A DNA stretch of 62,582 nt, the filler included, from Choristocarpus tenellus KU-1152 (taxonomy: Eukaryota; Protista; Phaeophyceae), in assembly GCA_964200185.2 (NCBI GenBank). It is 10 parts of 10 records of this genome, joined end to end, with 100 filler letters (N's around TTAATTAATTAA, not from the genome) between each part and the next. Parts side by side here need not be neighbours in the genome. Positions count along the whole stretch, not along the records: positions 4,464 to 14,497 come from CAXNAD020003193.1; positions 14,598 to 17,921 come from CAXNAD020020790.1; positions 18,022 to 22,125 come from CAXNAD020016190.1; positions 22,226 to 33,885 come from CAXNAD020002199.1; 6 more parts are not named here. One strand, written 5' to 3'. The notes below the pieces were generated by a model. That model was not told where the DNA came from and did not search any database. It worked only from the letters and a program-made list of their open reading frames with translations. Positions 12,201-23,264 of the stretch are shown here, piece after piece (the first letter of the stretch is position 1; each line of letters starts with the position of its first letter). The position numbers were made by a program, and so were the translations under genes.

Positions 12201-13792
12201 GGGTTTTAATTTTTCTTGCGGAAAAATCAGTATTGCAAACAGTACAATGTCTACTGGAGTTGATCTTTAGTGATCCGAGGGAGTGTGACCTTACGATACG
12301 ATACGATACGATACGATACGATGGTAGAAGTGACTAGTCCTTCCTTCCCCAAGACCATACACAAAAGGCACAGCTGTACGTAACAACCCTAACCCTAACC
12401 CTAATTTAATACTACCGTTCCAGCTTAACAACGATCAAGTGCATTGCGCTCTTAACAATGATTTCAATGCACTGGTGTATTGGCACATTGGACTAATACC
12501 GACATACCTCAACCTGTACTGAATATCGTGCCCTCATTGTAGGTCCTTGCAGGACTGATATCCCTGGGGAGATCTGTTTATTCTACCGGAGAGAAACTTG
12601 TTGTTAAAGGGTGGGAACAAATGCTTCCAGCATTTCTCAGAAAAAAACGACCAAAGATTTTCATGGCTGACGACCCCATACCAGGGATGCTGGATGGGAG
12701 CTTTCGCTTGGAGGTCAACTCTAGGTGACGTGAGGGGGGGAAATCTGGAATCCGTAGGGGCTGGAAGACGTCCTAGGGCTAGGGTTTCTTCATCCTGGAC
12801 ATCATAGAACATCATTGATCATGGAGGATGTGTTATTGATGTGTTATTGATGTGTTATTGATGTGTTATTGATGTGTAATTGGGAAGCCGATTCTAAGTT
12901 CTTTGTCAATTCACTAACGCTAAACCACATACATGCACAGGGTACTCACTACTGCTTGAGTACAGGGTAAGCAACAAACCTTCCTCCTGACACAGGGGGC
13001 TATTCCACCTCATAATTTCTTCAAGAGTTGCACGCCAATTGCCTCTACAATACTTACCTAATAGTGCTGCCCGTCACCTCTAGTGAGCATGTCATTATGA
13101 TACATTCTCCTGTCCCAATTGCACCAATCACACAGGTGGCGCATGCGCTTCCTGGCCTTGACCTGCATACCCCTGGGCATTTGTTGGCTCTACTGTGCTG
13201 CTCTCCTCCGAGACTTCTTTCTAACACAGGATATCGCCATACTTCCTGACTATTTTGACATCACAATCCACCTCAAGGTTTTCAACCGTGCCGTCCTCAA
13301 CATTGTCCCTAGTTCAAACTCCAGGACCATCCCACCATCCATGCTTCATCTCACCCCCCCGGGGCTGATGCCAGAGAATGGGTAACCTCTGCTATACAAG
13401 AGTCACCTTTGGTGTCCTCATTACCCAACCTTGACTCCTTGTTGTTGTCGCAAGTGTGTTTAGCAAAAAATGCTCCAAATCAGTCCAGAAGATGTTCTCG
13501 ACCAGAGTATCTGTAGAGGAGCAAAATCCTATTCGCATTTACACCCACAGTACTACTACACCCACAGTACTACTACACCCACAGTACTACCACAATACAT
13601 TCTAATTATCAGGTACACATATCAGTTCTGTTCCTGCTGGCAACGTTTTCAGATGCCTATAATATATTCCTACTGGCAAGGGATGTCATCTGCATACTGC
13701 CTGTATGGGTGCCCAGGGTGGATGTTGACCTACGCCCCTCTGGTGGATGGATGCAGCTGGGATCGGAGAAGATAAATCTGAAGGACATCAAG
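9296..13792 (+). CDS. Membrane protein with tandem RING-like Zn fingers, TM helix, reelin-repeat-like/Asp-box domain and further TM segment(s); 3' partial. Exons 9296-10237, 10455-10720, 11015-11198, 11458-11565, 11908-12117, 13136-13277, ~13681-13792, plus unresolved ones
   Basis: Two copies of C-x2-C-x8-CC-x4-C-x2-C-x6-C-x2-C (9620-9715, 9809-9904); hydrophobic helix 9959-10039; reelin-like motifs FEDTFE, CGAYAGDGALYFSGANFREAETLDVD, SFDSGVSW (Asp-box), VRFKWKQ, HWALDDV. The first five exons join in phase at canonical GT-AG sites. Confidence 0.8.
12293..12321. repeat. (TACGA)n microsatellite in intron
   Basis: tacgatacgatacga... about 6 units. Confidence 0.9.
12826..12877. repeat. 11-bp minisatellite (GATGTGTTATT) x~4.5
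   Basis: Tandem copies visible directly. Confidence 0.9.
13541..13590. repeat. 17-bp minisatellite (ACACCCACAGTACTACT) x3
   Basis: Tandem copies visible directly. Confidence 0.85.
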
Positions 13793-14497
13793 GTGCCTTT
13801 GTGGTATGAGAATACTCATGAGAATGGAAGTGAGATGCTTGACAGCCTTCCTCATCTATACACTATACACCTTGTACAAGCACCTGAGCTTTTTGTTTAT
13901 ACAAGTACCGCCTGAGCTAACCCTAGCCTTGCAAAAGAAAAAAAGGTGGTTAAAAAAAAAAGTTTGTTTGTCTTCAAAGCGCCCCTGAATAATTTGAATT
14001 TACAGCATCTGCTCTACCTCGTCGTATTATTGTTGAATAATTTGAAGTAGCAGTAGTGCAAATCCTGATCTATTTCTTGTTGAAAACTGTTTGTGCTGCA
14101 TGTTTCCTGCAACGTGCAACACCTTGGAGTGGGAATAGCCTTGCACCGATGACTCTTCAGTGACAATTGTCTTGTCCAACAGCATCACCTTGTCCAACAG
14201 CATTGTCAACAAATAGACGCTACTTCCTAATCGAGAGCTGTGAGGCCTTGAGAGCTGTGACTATTGCCTTGGTTTTTGTCCCAGGGTCGCAGACGCTTCT
14301 GACCAAAACTGCCAGTTGTGTTTTGTATTCAAAATTTGCAGTGCTCTTGAGTCATTGAAGATCTTACGGGGCATGGTATTTGCTCTACAGTTTTTGCTTC
14401 TGGAAGAGTCCAACTACTCCATATTTGCACCAACAACAGATGCCACAGGGTCCTGCCTCTTCTGGCCCCTCCAGGATACCACCTTACCCTCTATCCC

Positions 14498-14597
14498 NNN
14501 NNNNNNNNNNNNNNNNNNNNNNNNNNNNNNNNNNNNNNNNNTTAATTAATTAANNNNNNNNNNNNNNNNNNNNNNNNNNNNNNNNNNNNNNNNNNNN
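14498..14597. other. Artificial contig linker
   Basis: N44-TTAATTAATTAA-N44. Confidence 0.98.
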
Positions 14598-14738
14598 CCC
14601 CCAGATAATTTGACCCTTGCCAATGTACAGCATATTGTGCTCCCTGTCGTGATACATGAAATTCATATTATTAGTTAATGTCGGATGGATTAGAGTAAAT
14701 GATATCATCAGCACTCGAGTGAGGGTCTATAACTCCAC

Positions 14739-17617
14739 CTGATCAGCACTATCATAGTAGATGCTGTATATATATCCGTTCGGAGCAAAGGCTGCGTCTT
14801 CTCTTCTAGTGACGGTAACGTTGAGACTTGCTGAAGAATATAAGGCTTCCTGCATAAATCAAGAAAGTTGGAGCCTGGTTGGTTTTTTATCACCCCTGTG
14901 TCTTTTTCTGAGATGTTCAGAGTGTTAATGGTGAGACAATGAAATATATTTCAAGCAAGGCAGCAAGTTTAGTACTAGATATATCAAGTACTTCAACTCA
15001 TTGGAACTAAAGGGCTACAAATCAAAGCAAGGAAATAACAGTCAGATGCCTCATTGGTGCTTCCAATCTCCTTTACGTCTAGATATATATACCTCAATCT
15101 CCCAATCTTCTGCATTGTATGCTAAGCACTTAGTGAAGTCTGAGCGATTGAACGACAGTGCATAGCTTGGATTTCCGTTTGCCCAGGTTGAGTCACCCAT
15201 GTTTGACACCGTTATTGTCTGTACCTCTGTCCCAGCTGCTCGTACCGTAAAGTGCTGGTTGACAAGGTAGAGGTCATGACTACCTGGAACAGACCCATCG
15301 AATCCTCTGTCTAGAGTAAGCTGATGGACTGAAGCGGTTCCATCAACTGATGTGAGGGATATGGAAGCCCCTGTTGGGATGGGATTTGATGCCCCACAAG
15401 AGGAGATCAGGATCGTCCAAGTGTCTGTTTCAACAATCCTCTCCAAGCTCTCAAATGTGGCAGTCATGTTGAGGCCAGAGAAAGATATATTGTGAGGCAG
15501 ATCTGACTCAATAAATGTTGAAGTGCCAAAAATAGTAGAAGAGTTCACTAGCTCATCGCCTGGGCCCCAAGTCGTCATGTTGTAACTGTACGTGTGTATG
15601 GTGCTATTTGTGTTGGTGCTGTTTGAAGTCGTGTTCAGGGCAACACCGACATACCTATAGGAGATTTAGAGCAGCAATTCAGACAAGTGAAGGGCAAGGG
15701 TGAGACATGAGGAAACCTGCAAAAAGATTAATACAGTATAATATTATTGGAAGTCAAGTAAATTAACAGGAGCAAATGACTGTCCTCTCTAATCAAACCA
15801 CTGGAGAAGAAGGTTGAGGAGCAGTCCTTCATGTATGCACTAGAACATCTGAATTTGGAGTGTGAATTATTGAAATACACTACACTAATCTAGAACATGT
15901 GCTTGGATTTTTGTTTAGTTTTTTATTATGTGCATGGGCAGTACTGCAAATGACCAGCCTACATGTTTTTTTCTTCGCGATTTCCACTTGTTGAATGTGA
16001 CTGTTGAATAAAAATATATTAATGACAATGTATTTTAGCAGTCTTTATTCATATGACATTCAAAATGTGTTGCAAAGAGCAATATCTTGTTCCATAACTG
16101 TGACGAAGGTCATCAGACTCACGTTAGTTCAATAATGGCGTCTGTGAAGTTCCCTGTCAAGGGGTTGGCTGCATCGATCTGGACATTATCTTCCTCGCCA
16201 AGACCGTCGAAGAGGACCACGTATCCCCTTCCAATGCCATCTTCACTCACATGAACCAGTTGAAGGTCCATGTTACCCTTAACCTCATCTCCAATGAAGT
16301 CCACTGTGTACATGTAACCATATGATGATGTAGCGTTGAGATAGCCCCAGCGAGTGACCTCCACACCCCCTGCAGCCCCCGTCAAAACCTCAAACTCATT
16401 TTGAAGGGTTGATGAGTTACCATTTGACCAACTGAAGCACGTTGGAGATGTAGGTACCCTGTGATAGCTTCCACTATAGAAGAAAAAGAGGCGCATCATG
16501 GCATCATTAGGGGTGCCCGTAATGGAGTCAGAAGCAAGGGTAAGAGTGACCTTCTCTCGACTCCCTCCGTCCTCCACAGTTACCAACTTTACATCTCGGC
16601 GCATACCTTCAAAGAGGGTCCACTCATTTTCAGAAGTGTAATCTCCAGACTGGCATTCGCCTGGTTGAGGAGACACAAGGACAGTGTATTAATCAGGGTA
16701 AACAGGTTGATGGATTGGTTCCAGAATCACTGGAAAAATACTACATATAAACCTAGATAGAATTTACAATAAAGGTCAAATGAATATTAGAGGCTGTCTT
16801 GTCGTAATCAAATACTAATATGATTACATTTGCTATCAAGAATTAAATATGATGAATCAAATGAAACACAAGGAAATGTGACCATATTGACAATAGAACG
16901 CATGCAATTTTCTAGTGCAGTACTCCTATCACTGCAAAGGAGCTGACTCACCTGAGCCCTCATCATTCACTATTAGAGAAGAAACATCAGCTAGAGTGGG
17001 CCCGACGAAGAATATATCGTATATCCATGCAGACTGTCCATCAACGAGTGTTTCCATATGTAAACGGGGTATGCCATCACCAATGAGATGCAGTGTAGCA
17101 TTCTCTCCACACATGGATTTCGTGGAGTTGCTGCAACTGAACGGCTCTGTCAGGAAAATTGACTCTGCTCCATCAGTAACTGCTACGGTAAAAATATGAT
17201 CCTCCTGAAACAGTGGAGTGAATTGGCAAGGGTGATTTCAAGTAATTAAACCATCAACGATATAGTGATAATCTAACAGACAAGACAGTAGACTCCTTCT
17301 CTCCATTTCAACTTCCCTTTTACTCAGCAAATCCCCTTTTAGCAGTTGCTAGAGGAATTATGGTGAGGGAATAAACATCGATGGCAACCATCTGGGGAAA
17401 GTAGGAGGCAAATTATTGAAATGTATGTAGCAAGTCTCACCTTCAGTGAGCCAGCTATACGAAGACGATCACCAGGGGCAAGCAGGCCTGATATTGACGC
17501 ACTTGGTGTCACATGGTAGGAACCATCTGTCGTATTCCCTGTGATGCCATCCAATGTATGACTGTCTACAATCCCACCTACATCGGTGCACCCATATTTT
17601 GCACCAATATCAGTCAC
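14739..17617 (-). CDS. Internal exons of a very large extracellular repeat protein (stramenopile 'EVQ-x-I'/titin-like type); exons ~17617-17441, ~17205-16953, ~16662-16123, ~15653-15093, 14849-14739
   Basis: Recurrent module such as EVQTITV...YALSF...TKCLAYNAEDWEIE|EAL...VTVTR...NGYIYSIYY and CFSWSNG...FEVL...VEVTR...YGYMYTVDFIGDEVKGNM; many N-x-S/T sequons; canonical splice sites. Confidence 0.7.
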
Positions 17618-17695
17618 CTGATATAATCGAGAGGAAAATTATCAGCAAGGATGTTCTCAGGCAGGAACACGTGTTACATCTATTTAAGTACTTAA

Positions 17696-17873
17696 GACCC
17701 AAAGTATCTAGAGGGGGGTGGGGGGTCTACACCAGGGTGTCCATTTGAACCAAAATCAGGAAAAATGCACATACATTATGCATCCAACGTATGCAACTAA
17801 ATCACCCAAAAACCACGACATGAAAAATTGATGCCAAATTGACAGCCTTCACCCCCCCCAGAAACTTTGAGCC
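17696..17873 (-). mobile_element. Sola2-like MITE family B (~175-185 bp, G-tract TIRs)
   Basis: Ends GACCCAAAGTATCT...AGAAACTTTGAGCC; flanks TTAA/CTAA (3 of 4 match); interior matches 19496-19678 and 32170-32343. Confidence 0.85.
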
Positions 17874-17921
17874 CTAACAAAAATGCAGACTACAGATGGA
17901 TACTGATCTGCAAGCAACTAC

Positions 17922-18021
17922 NNNNNNNNNNNNNNNNNNNNNNNNNNNNNNNNNNNNNNNNNNNNTTAATTAATTAANNNNNNNNNNNNNNNNNNNNNNN
18001 NNNNNNNNNNNNNNNNNNNNN
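17922..18021. other. Artificial contig linker
   Basis: N44-TTAATTAATTAA-N44. Confidence 0.98.
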
Positions 18022-18084
18022 GTCAATTTTGGGTCAAGCCCATCCTCAATGAAAAGCTCCATCCTCAATTTTTGAAATCGGCTG

Positions 18085-18186
18085 TTACTTCCTAACTAAC
18101 ACGATAGCCAAAATTGCATCAAAATCGCAACTTTATATTTTGGCCCCCAAATAGACGCGGCTCTACCCTCTAAGATACTTTGGCTC
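18085..18186 (-). mobile_element. MITE family A, partial or variant, near contig start
   Basis: Ends ...GCGGCTCTACCCTCTAAGATACTTTGGCTC, the reverse complement of the family A left end. Confidence 0.85.
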
Positions 18187-18189
18187 GAT

Positions 18190-18780
18190 TGTAATATCAC
18201 CTAATTGAAGAGAGAACCTAAAAAACCCCAAGTTGGTCAAAGCACTGCCATCTCCAGAACAAAGGTTGATTGCACCTGCTGGGATTGGTTCAATATGGGA
18301 ATTCTGGAGCGAAGGATGGGAAACTATAAATTTGTGAGAAATGCAGGGTATATCACTTGCAGTGTCCAAGGTCAAGGTAGATGGTTCAGAATTAATTTTT
18401 CCTTGCACACGTATACGTTTTGATGATGACTTTATACACAAAGGAAGAGATGTGTATTGTGATAATGCACTAGAGTACCATGAAGTATTTTTATTATTAA
18501 GACTCTGCTCTGGACTTGAAGAAAAAATTGAATGCGAAAATGTCGAGGAATTAATTGTGCTTGTGGAGCTAATGCTACACTAGACGAATCATGTTTCGCT
18601 CGTTTTACAACCCCATCGACTCTTGTATTAGAACCGATTCCCCACCTAAAAGAACTACAGGGGTTAATGTCTTCTGGGCCCCATCAATTCCTACTGTACT
18701 TTCGAGTTCTAGCTTCCTCTAACTTTTTCTGCTTCTCCTCTTCCGTAACTCGGGGTGGTGCTCCCGGCATATCAACATAA
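18190..18780 (-). pseudogene. LTR-retrotransposon gag-protease relic
   Basis: IRVQGKINSEPSTLTLDTASDIPCISHKFI is a retropepsin-like LD(T/S)G(A/S) variant, followed by a flap-like INLCSGDG; the fragment is cut off by the MITE at 18186. Confidence 0.65.
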
Positions 18781-18944
18781 TCTCCTTCAGGGTATACCTT
18801 CTGTGGAATGTGGCTCTCACATTTACGATATTTTATTTCCTTAGGACTTATACTGACATATGTATAGTTTTCATTGGTTTCCCCCCTGACACATCAGTTA
18901 AATGTCTGAGGGCATAATAATATAAATATTGTACAAATGTCAGA

Positions 18945-19124
18945 GGGTCAAAGTATCTGGGGGGGGGTGATTTGTGAGGGGGTGTCCGTTTCGATCAAAC
19001 AACTCTCTTTTTTGCTGACATTTCAAATCCGACACGTGCAATCAAATCACATCAAAAAAGTGAAAATCGAAAAAAGGGCGAAAAACGGACACCGACACTC
19101 CCCCCCCCCCAGATACTTTGACCC
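18945..19124 (+). mobile_element. Sola2-like MITE family C (180 bp)
   Basis: TIR GGGTCAAAGTATCTGGGGGGGG / CCCCCCCCAGATACTTTGACCC; perfect 4-bp TSD CAGA; inserted into a family D repeat. Confidence 0.92.
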
Positions 19125-19495
19125 CAGAGCGAATAATAATAAAAATACATAATAGACGTCAGACTCCGTTTTATCATCGTTTTGTGTTCATTTTTTTTTC
19201 TCCTCCTCCTTGTTTAATTGTTAATTATATAACTTAATGTATCAACTATTATATAGGGCTTATACTGAGATGTGAATATAGTTGTTTTCATTGGTTTCCC
19301 ACATGACGCATCTCCAAAATGTCGTAAATCCTTGGTATTGATTTGCCGTTTTGCCTGACATGTCTACAAAATATGTTGGAAATATTCTCTACATGGTTAG
19401 TGGAAAGTGGAAAATTTCCGAATTAGCCGTAGTGAATTTTACGTTAGATACAGAATACCACAAATCGGGAGAAAAATGTACCGCAACACAATGAG

Positions 19496-19678
19496 GTCCA
19501 ACGTGTCTGGGGTCGGGGGGGTTCTACACCAGAGTATCCATTTGGGGCAAAATCAGGAAAAATGCATTTACATCATGCATTCGAAGCATGCAACCAAATC
19601 ACCCAAAAATCGCAACATAATAAAAAAAATTGACTTCAAATGGACAGCCGCCATCCCCCCCCCCAGATGCTTTGAGCC
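19496..19678 (-). mobile_element. MITE family B
   Basis: Interior matches other B copies; flanked by TGAG/TGAG. Confidence 0.85.
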
Positions 19679-19779
19679 TGAGTTGGAGTAACTGAATTAT
19701 TTCGTAAGTGTGAAAATGGGTCTCTTTGTGTGGAAACACACCAAGAAATAAAGGTACAAATACAACACAAGTTCAAGGA

Positions 19780-20760
19780 ACTTGGGTCTATCCGACATGA
19801 TAATCGCCACCATGCAGCTTTTGTGGGGTCGCTAGTGACCACTCTCCCCACTCTACAACCAAGGCAACAAGGGCTGCATGGAGAGATTCTTACACAAGTC
19901 ATCTGAACGAGCTCCACAGTCTGGACCCTGGTTTCATCTATCCGTATCCTCCTCCCAGCAGGAGTCCCTTCACAAGACTTCGTGGGAGTTGTTGGCCCAG
20001 CCTCGGTAGCCTGTGGAGAAAAAATAAGCCTTACGCCTGTCAGAGAGGTCCACAGTAGTCTAGCAGCCCATGACACCAGGATCACAACAAAGCACAACAT
20101 GAGGCCACCCACCTCCTGAACAGGATCCGGTTTGACTCTTTCCGCATGCAACTCCCAAACCTCCCAGATGATGCAAAACAAGGGAGGGAAAGTTCTTCGC
20201 TAGCCCTGGCCCACCACCAGAGCCAGTGTAGACAGGGAACGCACGGGCCTCATACGACCCCTGGAACCAGCACGCCAGATTCCTCCCATAGAGTTTGGTC
20301 TCACTGCTGATATATCTCTAGGGAGGAAGGAGGCCCTATCCAAAAAGATGCTCTTGGTGGCCGGGCGCAGGAGGCACAATGTCAACACCCGACTTGCTCG
20401 TACCTGCCCTAGTGCCGGAGGACAGGTGCACAGGCACATGCTGATGGTCAAGCATCTAGGTCAACTCTTCAAGGGAATGGGTATCCCTTGCACTATGGAG
20501 GATGTTATTCCATTCATAGTGTACAGAAACCTTCCGCATGGATGTAGTCTACCATGCTGTGGAACTTGCGGACGCTGGATCACCTCCCTACCGGGGAAAA
20601 GACCTCCTCCTCTGTCGAGTCCTGTTTACGATAAATTGAGTCTCTCACTACACAAGTGGCTCTCTTGAGGGGTGTCATGCGTTTCGGCTGTAGCCACTGC
20701 CCAGATGGGGAAGAAGGGGTCTATCAGATTCTTGGGATGCTTCCCTAGCTACTCACCCAC
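19780..20760 (+). pseudogene. Decayed non-LTR retrotransposon 3' region (RLE-type, CRE/R2-like)
   Basis: LARTCPSAGGQVHRHMLMVKHLGQLFKGMGIPCTMED resembles the Zn-knuckle end / GG-x4-RH-x2-V / E motif upstream of restriction-like endonucleases; frames are broken. Confidence 0.5.
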
Positions 20761-20955
20761 TTGTGTGGAGCTATGCTATACTGGAGGCATAACAGCAGTG
20801 TACACATTACATTGCAAATGCCAACCTTTAAGAGAGCATTGTAGTATACCTGGTATTCAAATCGAAAATTGATAGGGATACCTTTATATTTACGACAACT
20901 ATTTATTTTCCGAGGGTCAATGCGATATTGGTTTGACTTTTTCCCTGACACATCT

Positions 20956-21220
20956 GGAAAATGTCACAGACCATAATAATACATTTATTATAATAGCTAT
21001 GCTCAGTTTAATGGTCGTGATCGTTAGTAACGTCCAATCAATGTGAAGTAATAGATTTAATAAAAATGGAGATTAAAGATTTTTTTCCATGGAAAATATC
21101 ACAGACCATAATAATATATTTATTATAATAGCCATGTTCAGTTTAATGGTCGCCATCGTTAGTAACGTTCAATGTCAAGTAATAGATTTTATAAAATGGA
21201 GATAAAGATGTTTTTGCCAT
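20956..21220. repeat. Tandem duplication, ~135-bp unit x2
   Basis: GGAAAAT(G/A)TCACAGACCATAATAAT... starts at 20956 and at 21091. Confidence 0.9.
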
Positions 21221-22125
21221 TATTGAAAAATAGAGATGTATTTGCATTGATGTGGTGAACATGTGATTACATGTGTGTGATGACGCGGTGCTAATCATAC
21301 CCAATTGCTTTGTTAGTGTGATGACACTAATGTCAAATTACATCCAGTATCTAGTACAAGTTTTTATATTGTGGGGTTTCTTCCCTTCAAAACTGTTGTA
21401 TTTGGAACTAGTTTCTCTTCTGTTACTTCCCCCTTCACTGCTTTCTTTCTACATGTTCTATATTTTAGAACGGTACAATACAGCAATTAATTTGATTATT
21501 GGTCGCACATCAACTCTGCACTCTACCATTCCAACAAAGTAGATTCAACGTGATATGACCACTCAAGTTTTTTGTATGTGTAAGCGAGTGGGGGAAACCA
21601 GGAGTAAAACGCTACACGACAAGAACTACTACTACTACTATGTAGATACGACAGTTAGTTGTCGCCAATCCTAAGACACCTCCCCCCCAAAATAGGTACT
21701 ATTTGAAAACTAGCAATACAACAAAATCCCCTTCAAGATTCTCTACTAAGAGTATTGTGCACACTGGTGTATGCTTCGAACCTAGCTTAGCCTACGAATT
21801 TGGGCGAGGACCTAGGAGAATCATCCCAAGAATCTACCATGCCCCTTCTTGCCCACCTGCTGATGTCTCTCTCTTGAAACACATAATACTTCCAGAGATA
21901 ATCACTTTTGCAGTGACCACGGACACTATCGACTGCTGGATGGAAGGATAGGAATTGCTTTGTCGTACATGGTACGTATGTCAGAGGGCCCATCTCATAA
22001 TAGGGTTTTAAGGACCCCTTTCAGCAAACATGATCCACTGGGAAACTCTATTATTGTTCTCTGCGAACCAATGTTCATGTTGCTATGGGCTCAATTATCT
22101 GGGGGGGTAGCGACTGTTCTTTCAG

Positions 22126-22225
22126 NNNNNNNNNNNNNNNNNNNNNNNNNNNNNNNNNNNNNNNNNNNNTTAATTAATTAANNNNNNNNNNNNNNNNNNN
22201 NNNNNNNNNNNNNNNNNNNNNNNNN
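22126..22225. other. Artificial contig linker
   Basis: N44-TTAATTAATTAA-N44. Confidence 0.98.
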
Positions 22226-22706
22226 CCTGGTGACTCCAGCTTAAAACGCATGACACGTCGAGACAATGCCACTTGCGTAGTCACCGAAACAATTTGGCGT
22301 AACCTGGATTTAACTACTACTACTTGATATATCAGAAAAATGTCTTTCACATTTAGGACAACTCGTACTTTTTTAGGGGTTCTGACACTTGAATGGATTT
22401 CATTGGTTTCATTTTTGACACTGAGAAATGCCAGAGGCCATAAAAAATAAAATATTAAGGTACTTCTGAAGACCCCAAAATATAGTTCAGAAAAACAAGG
22501 AATATGATGTATGGTTGTAGGATTAATTAATGTTGTTGCGTACTATGAGAGATTTTGATCTCTCGAAACGTCAAGTTTTAATATCTTCATCTACAGATCA
22601 TACATATTATTAATGAGTGGCTACTTAGTAATCACAAAAACTATCAGTTCAGTTATATATATATATATAGACATTTTATATACACATATGTATATATTAT
22701 ATGATG

Positions 22707-22832
22707 CCCTCTCACATTTGACAGATTTGTCAGGGGGAAAACAAATGAGTATTTATTTCTTTAGGTCTTATACTGACATATGTAGAGTTCTCATTTGTTT
22801 TTTCCCCTGACACATCTACAAATGTCAGAGGG
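22707..22832. repeat. Fold-back element (repeat family D) with ~43-bp inverted arms
   Basis: CCCTCTCACATTTGACAGATTTGTCAGGGGGAAAACAAATGAG pairs with CTCATTTGTTTTTCCCCTGACACATCTACAAATGTCAGAGGG. Related arms lie at ~4705-4740 (rev), 18835-18920, 19255-19325, 20930-20980 and 22395-22445. Confidence 0.8.
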
Positions 22833-23264
22833 TATAATAATAATAAATAAATAATATATGAGTACTATGTGTTTTGACATTCTTCGGTATGTAACGGTAT
22901 ATATACCGTGCAATGAACAGGAGAACATTCTCTAAACATTTTCTTAACATACCCAAAACAACATGGTTGATGAGTATAATGGACAACACAACGAAATTGA
23001 ACAATAAATTTTGTTTCATTAGAATTGAATTGTTCATATTTTAACCAAATTATGGAGAAGTAAAAGGTGGTTCAATTTACAACGCAACAAGTTGTCACCC
23101 TTGATGATAATTCTCTCCTAGGTATCTCACCATAGGAACTGAAGGACACAATCGTATGGTGGAGAACCTTGCGAGAACAGGAGAAAGTAGGAAGGGCACT
23201 CTACGAGTAGCGTCCGTATCTTGTTTTTAGAGTCTTTCTTCGGAGTAGGAGTGCTTGAATAGCA

